The notes beneath the pieces are model-generated. The model had not been told where the DNA came from, did no database searches, and saw nothing but the letters and a program-made list of their open reading frames with translations. A program made the translations under genes and the position numbers. 64,000 nt of DNA from Candidatus Marinacidobacterium sp. (GTDB lineage: Bacteria; Acidobacteriota; Vicinamibacteria; Marinacidobacterales; Marinacidobacteraceae): NCBI GenBank assembly GCA_965220965.1, contig OZ244852.1, positions 2,336,001 through 2,400,000 on the forward strand, in the 5' to 3' direction. Below, piece by piece: positions 60,045 through 64,000 of the stretch; within the stretch, counting starts at the first letter, position 1; every line of letters starts with the position of its first letter.

Positions 60045-60496
60045 GGTCTTGATAAAAGGGGCAACAGGTGGGGTCCGCCGAGCGCGGAAGCGCGCGGAGC
60101 GAACGGCGTTTCGGCGCCCCTGGCCGGAAGCCCGGGGAGGGAGCCGGAGATCCAGCCGCGGGCCGCGGGGCGACGCGGCGCACCCTGGCCGGAGACCGCC
60201 TCCCGCCGGCGCCGATCCGGGACTCCTCCTCCCTCGCGAGGAGGGGGCGTTCCCGGAGGAAGCGCGGGAATCTAGTCGCCGTCATCGGTCCGCGCGACCC
60301 GGCGTCCGGGCCGTCGTCCCGGCTGTCACCGTAAGTTCTTACTCCGTCAAAGCATTGCCCGATCCGGGGCCGAAACCGGGTCCTCGGGCGCGTTCCAACG
60401 ATACGCGGCGCGGCGTCGACTCCGGGCGAGTGGAATCGGAGCCGCCGCTAACGGAAAGGAGGGTGGGCAAATCCGGGCCGCGGCGGCGCCCCGTGC

Positions 60497-60526
60497 TTGA
60501 CCGCAAGCGATTCGTACCTGTAGACT
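60497..60526 (+). promoter_or_regulatory. Sigma70-type promoter of the rpmH operon
   Basis: TTGACC-N18-TAGACT. Confidence 0.6.
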
Positions 60527-60623
60527 GGATTGCTTTCCGCTGACCCGGGCGAGGGCGAGACCATCTCGCTGACGGGTTCCGGCGGACCCAACGATTTTTC
60601 ATCGGGTTGGAGTACCAGGTCTC

Positions 60624-60758
60624 GTGAAGCGGACGTTTCAGCCAAACCGGCGACGGAGGAAGCGGAAGCACGGCTTCCGCGCGCGGATGAGCACGCCGGG
60701 CGGGCGTGCGGTGCTGGCGCGGCGGCGCCGGCGTGGGCGTCGGCGTCTGTCGGCCTGA
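60624..60758 (+). CDS. rpmH: 50S ribosomal protein L34
   Basis: Hand translation [44 protein letters not shown]. Confidence 0.97.
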   Translation: MKRTFQPNRRRRKRKHGFRARMSTPGGRAVLARRRRRGRRRLSA

Positions 60759-61225
60759 AGTCCCCGCCCCGGTCCCGCCCCTCGAAGCCCGGCCCGCCGG
60801 GGTCTTCGCTACGCCGTTCCGGTGGGGTCGGGTTCCGCCCGCCGGATCAGCGGCTGCGGCGCCCGAACCGGGTGCGAAGGCCAGCCGAGTTCCGGAGCGT
60901 GATGGAGCGTGGCGCCCGCGGCGGGGCGCGCTGGGTGGTGGCCCTCTTCCTGCCTGGCGAACCGGGAGGCGGCCGTCTGGGAGTCGTGGCGAGCCGACGG
61001 GTCGGCGGCTCGGTGGCGAGGTCCCGCGCGAAGCGCCGGCTGCGCGAGTTCTATCGACGGTCGGGCTGGCGACCGGCGGGTGACCTGGTGCTGGTGGCGC
61101 GGTCCGGGATCAGCGACGCTCCCTGGGGCGCGCTCCAGCAGGCTTGCAGCCTCGCCATCCGAAGGGCGGTGACGCCCTCTCCCGGTCGGGACCGGCGTCG
61201 CCGGCGCGACCGGCCAGACCCATGA
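60755..61225 (+). CDS. rnpA: RNase P protein component (start uncertain, CTG 60755 proposed)
   Basis: [31 protein letters not shown] (RNR motif variant), DLVLVAR. Confidence 0.9.
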   Translation: MKSPPRSRPSKPGPPGSSLRRSGGVGFRPPDQRLRRPNRVRRPAEFRSVMERGARGGARWVVALFLPGEPGGGRLGVVASRRVGGSVARSRAKRRLREFYRRSGWRPAGDLVLVARSGISDAPWGALQQACSLAIRRAVTPSPGRDRRRRRDRPDP

Positions 61226-61512
61226 GCAACCCGATGCCGCTGAGCCTGCGTCGGCCGATCCGCCTCGGCCCGGGCGTCGCGGTCGTGCTCGTGGGTGGCA
61301 TCCACGTCTACCGGGCGCTGCTCTCGCCCGTCCTTGGCGGGATGTGCCGCTTTACTCCTTCCTGTTCCCACTTCGCCGAGGAGGCGATCCGGCTGCACGG
61401 TCCGTGGCGCGGCGTTGCGCTGGCGGCGCGACGGCTGCTGCGCTGTCGACCCTTTGGCGGTCGTGGTTACGATCCGGTGCCCCGCCGCCCGGAACCACAC
61501 CGGTCGAGCTGA
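61222..61512 (+). CDS. yidD: Membrane protein insertion efficiency factor
   Basis: CRFTPSCS, RLLRC.PF..GYDPVP. Confidence 0.93.
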   Translation: MSNPMPLSLRRPIRLGPGVAVVLVGGIHVYRALLSPVLGGMCRFTPSCSHFAEEAIRLHGPWRGVALAARRLLRCRPFGGRGYDPVPRRPEPHRSS

Positions 61513-61561
61513 AACCAGCCGGGCTCTTGACCGGCTGCGCTGATACCAAGGAATCCAGGTC

Positions 61562-63373
61562 ATGGAACGACGCGTTCTCCTCGCGTTCCTGTTGTCGTTC
61601 ATCGTCTTTCTGCTCTTTGTCCGGTTCTTCAGTCCGGACGTCCCTCCACCGGAGGAAACGGGAGACCTCGCCGCGGTCGAATCCGCCGAGGCGCCTGTCC
61701 AGTCGCCGTCGCTGTTGCCGACCGCCCCCGCCGCCGCTCCTGCGGCGGAAGTTGCGGAAGAGGCCCCCGGACAGACCGTCGAGCCGCGCGCGGCCGAGCA
61801 GGAACAGCGGATCACGGTGGCCACCCGGCTCTTCGAGGCCGAGTTCACGAACCGGGGGGCGCGGCTTCTCGGCCTTCAGCTGAACGAGCACACCGATGGG
61901 GCCGGAGATCCCTACCAGACGGTCCCGCAGGGTGACGAGCTGGTCGAGAGCGTGCGGCCGCTGGATGTGCTACTTCCCGCGGATCCCTCGCCGCTGCGGC
62001 TCCGGAGCGCGCTCTACGAGGTGACCGTCGACGGGCTGGCGCAGACCGGCCCGGTCCGGCTCGACCTCCGCGACGGCGAGTCCCGGGAGATCGCGTTCCA
62101 CCTCGCGACCTCCGACGGTCTCGAGGTCGTCAAGACGCTGCGGATCACCGGCGGCGACTACCGCATGGAGGCGCAGGTTACGGCGCAGCGCGGCGGGGCG
62201 GAGCAGGCCAAGGAGATCCTCTACGGCCCCGGGATCGGCAACGAGACCACCACCGGCACCTACGTGATCGCCGATCAGGGGGTGATCCGGACGGGCGCGG
62301 AGACGCTGCTGTTCTCCCTTGGGGATGTCCGCGAGGGGACGGCGGAGAGTCTCTCGGCGCGCGGCGTCGGAGTGAGCTCCCACTACTTCGCCGGACTGCT
62401 GGTCGCCCGGCCGGGGCAGCGCTACGAGGGGCGGCTGGAGACGCTTCTCCTTCCGTGGGACAGCTTCGCCGCCGTTTCGGAAGAGGCCTCGGGAGGGGAG
62501 CGGGAAGTCATCGTCGCGCGACTCGTCTCGGCGGGACCCGCCGAGTTCACGCTCTTCGCCGGACCGAAGCAGGTGGAAGTCCTGGACGAACTGGGCATGG
62601 ACATCGTGGACTTCGGATTCTGGAGCTTCCTCGCGATTCCCATCCGGGCGGTCCTGATGTGGTCGCACGACTTCCTCGGCAACTACGGCTGGGCGATCGT
62701 GCTCGTGACGCTCCTGATCAGCGTGCTGCTCGCGCCGCTCAAGCACTACAGCTACGTCTCGATCCGGGGCATGCAGAAGATCAGCCCCCAGGTCAAGCGG
62801 ATCCAGGAGAAGTACCGCGGCCTGAAGCCGACGGATCCGCGCCGCGGGGAAATGAACCAGGAGATGGCGGCGCTCTATCGGGAGCACGGCGTGTCGCCCA
62901 TCGGCGGATGCCTGCCGATGCTCCTGATGATCCCGTTCTTCTTCGCCTTCTACCGGCTGCTGGTCGCCTCGGTGGAGCTTCGCCACGCCCCCTGGGTGCT
63001 CTGGATCCAGGACCTGTCGACCGAGGACCCGTACTTCATCCTGCCGGTGATGATGGGCGCCAGCCAGCTCTTCATGCAGCGCATGACGACGACCCAGGCC
63101 GAAGGGATCCAGGCGAAGATCATGCAGTTCCTGCCGGTCGTCTTCGTGCTGATCCTCGCGTGGGCGCCCTCCGGGCTCGTGCTCTACTGGTTCGCCAACA
63201 ACGTGTTCTCGATGGGGCAGCAGATCGTCACCCAGCGGATCATGGACCGGCGGGAGGCGGCGGCGAAGGAGGCCGGGGACCCCGACAAGGCGATCGCGCG
63301 GACCAAGCCGGCGCGCGCCGCGGCATCCGGCGGGGAGGGCGCTCGCAAGGGCGGCCGGCGGCGCCGACGCTGA
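61562..63373 (+). CDS. yidC: Membrane protein insertase
   Basis: MERR.LLA, GPK, DFG, NYGWAI, GGCLP, ELRHAP..WI.DLS..DP, PSGLVLYW. Confidence 0.97.
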   Translation: MERRVLLAFLLSFIVFLLFVRFFSPDVPPPEETGDLAAVESAEAPVQSPSLLPTAPAAAPAAEVAEEAPGQTVEPRAAEQEQRITVATRLFEAEFTNRGARLLGLQLNEHTDGAGDPYQTVPQGDELVESVRPLDVLLPADPSPLRLRSALYEVTVDGLAQTGPVRLDLRDGESREIAFHLATSDGLEVVKTLRITGGDYRMEAQVTAQRGGAEQAKEILYGPGIGNETTTGTYVIADQGVIRTGAETLLFSLGDVREGTAESLSARGVGVSSHYFAGLLVARPGQRYEGRLETLLLPWDSFAAVSEEASGGEREVIVARLVSAGPAEFTLFAGPKQVEVLDELGMDIVDFGFWSFLAIPIRAVLMWSHDFLGNYGWAIVLVTLLISVLLAPLKHYSYVSIRGMQKISPQVKRIQEKYRGLKPTDPRRGEMNQEMAALYREHGVSPIGGCLPMLLMIPFFFAFYRLLVASVELRHAPWVLWIQDLSTEDPYFILPVMMGASQLFMQRMTTTQAEGIQAKIMQFLPVVFVLILAWAPSGLVLYWFANNVFSMGQQIVTQRIMDRREAAAKEAGDPDKAIARTKPARAAASGGEGARKGGRRRRR

Positions 63374-64000
63374 GCGGCGACTCCGGCGAGGCCAGCGGCG
63401 ATCCGCTGGGCGCAGCGCTCGCCGCCTCCACCCCGCCGATCCCCCCGGAAGCGGAAGAACCCCTCCGCGAGCTCTTCCGGCTCGTTCGCTCCTGGCGAGG
63501 CCGCGGCATCACCGGATTCCGGACCGAGGAAGCTCTCGCCGGGGGTTACTTCGCCGAGGCGCTCGGTCTCCGGGCGCATCTGCCGGCGGACGGGCCGCGC
63601 CTGGATATCGGAAGCGGGGGCGGAACGCCTGCGCTTCCGCTCGCCGTCGTGGAGCGCGCGGCGGGAACCGGCGGGCCGTGGACCCTGCTCGAGCCGCGGC
63701 GGCAGGCGGCCGCGTTCCTCGGCGTCGCGGTCGAGGCTCTCGGGCTCGATGGGCGGGTGCGGATCGTGCGGGAACGACTCGGCGAGCACCTGAGTCGCCC
63801 GTCGGCTCAGGAACTCCTCGAATCGACCGTCGCGGTCACCCTTCGCGCCGTGCGGCTCAGCCGCCGCGAGTGGCGGGGCCTGGCGGCCGGGCTGTCCGTC
63901 CACGGGCGGGTGGTCTGGCCGACGACCGCCGGAGCGCGCGAGCGCGCGGATTTGCCGAAGGGCGCCTTCGAGGAAGAGGCGCATGACGCGGCCCGCGGCA
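63370..64000 (+). CDS. rsmG: 16S rRNA m7G527 methyltransferase RsmG-like, partial
   Basis: Hand translation from CTG 63370: LDIGSGGGTPALPLA, TLLEPR...AFL, VTLRAV; typical position after yidC. Confidence 0.8.
   Translation, partial: MSGDSGEASGDPLGAALAASTPPIPPEAEEPLRELFRLVRSWRGRGITGFRTEEALAGGYFAEALGLRAHLPADGPRLDIGSGGGTPALPLAVVERAAGTGGPWTLLEPRRQAAAFLGVAVEALGLDGRVRIVRERLGEHLSRPSAQELLESTVAVTLRAVRLSRREWRGLAAGLSVHGRVVWPTTAGARERADLPKGAFEEEAHDAARG

Noticed and set aside
60329-60350. GTAAG-TT-CTTAC palindrome in the dnaA-rpmH spacer
   Set aside because: Only 5-bp arms; cannot be assigned to any regulator from sequence alone.

Overview
A 64 kb, very GC-rich chromosomal window from a diderm bacterium. 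Gene order and content point to Acidobacteriota, possibly host-associated; this is inference. The right third is the replication-origin region: pyrE, gyrA, gyrB (one frameshift), dnaN, oriC and dnaA, then divergently rpmH, rnpA, yidD, yidC and rsmG. It is preceded by tRNA-Arg(ACG), tRNA-Glu(CTC), a pspC/rhomboid/sugar-modification cluster, rsmI, a structurally altered glmU-glmS pair and uvrD. The left two thirds hold many exported amide/peptide hydrolases. These are interleaved with single accessory defence/TA-like genes: two AAA+/DUF4143 genes, an MT-A70 methylase, an XRE-IrrE + PIN pair, an orphan MNT, an orphan AAA_21 ATPase, a HEPN-like orphan and a decayed HATPase gene. There is also one MITE. 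Most notable are the GlmU/GlmS pair each lacking one catalytic half, the oriC with non-canonical DnaA boxes, the repeated loss of effector halves of two-gene modules, a Ser-type GGT-like enzyme, a mirror-image divergent promoter and probable CTG starts. All family calls come from motif recognition by eye; no database search was run. No CRISPR array or rRNA was seen.
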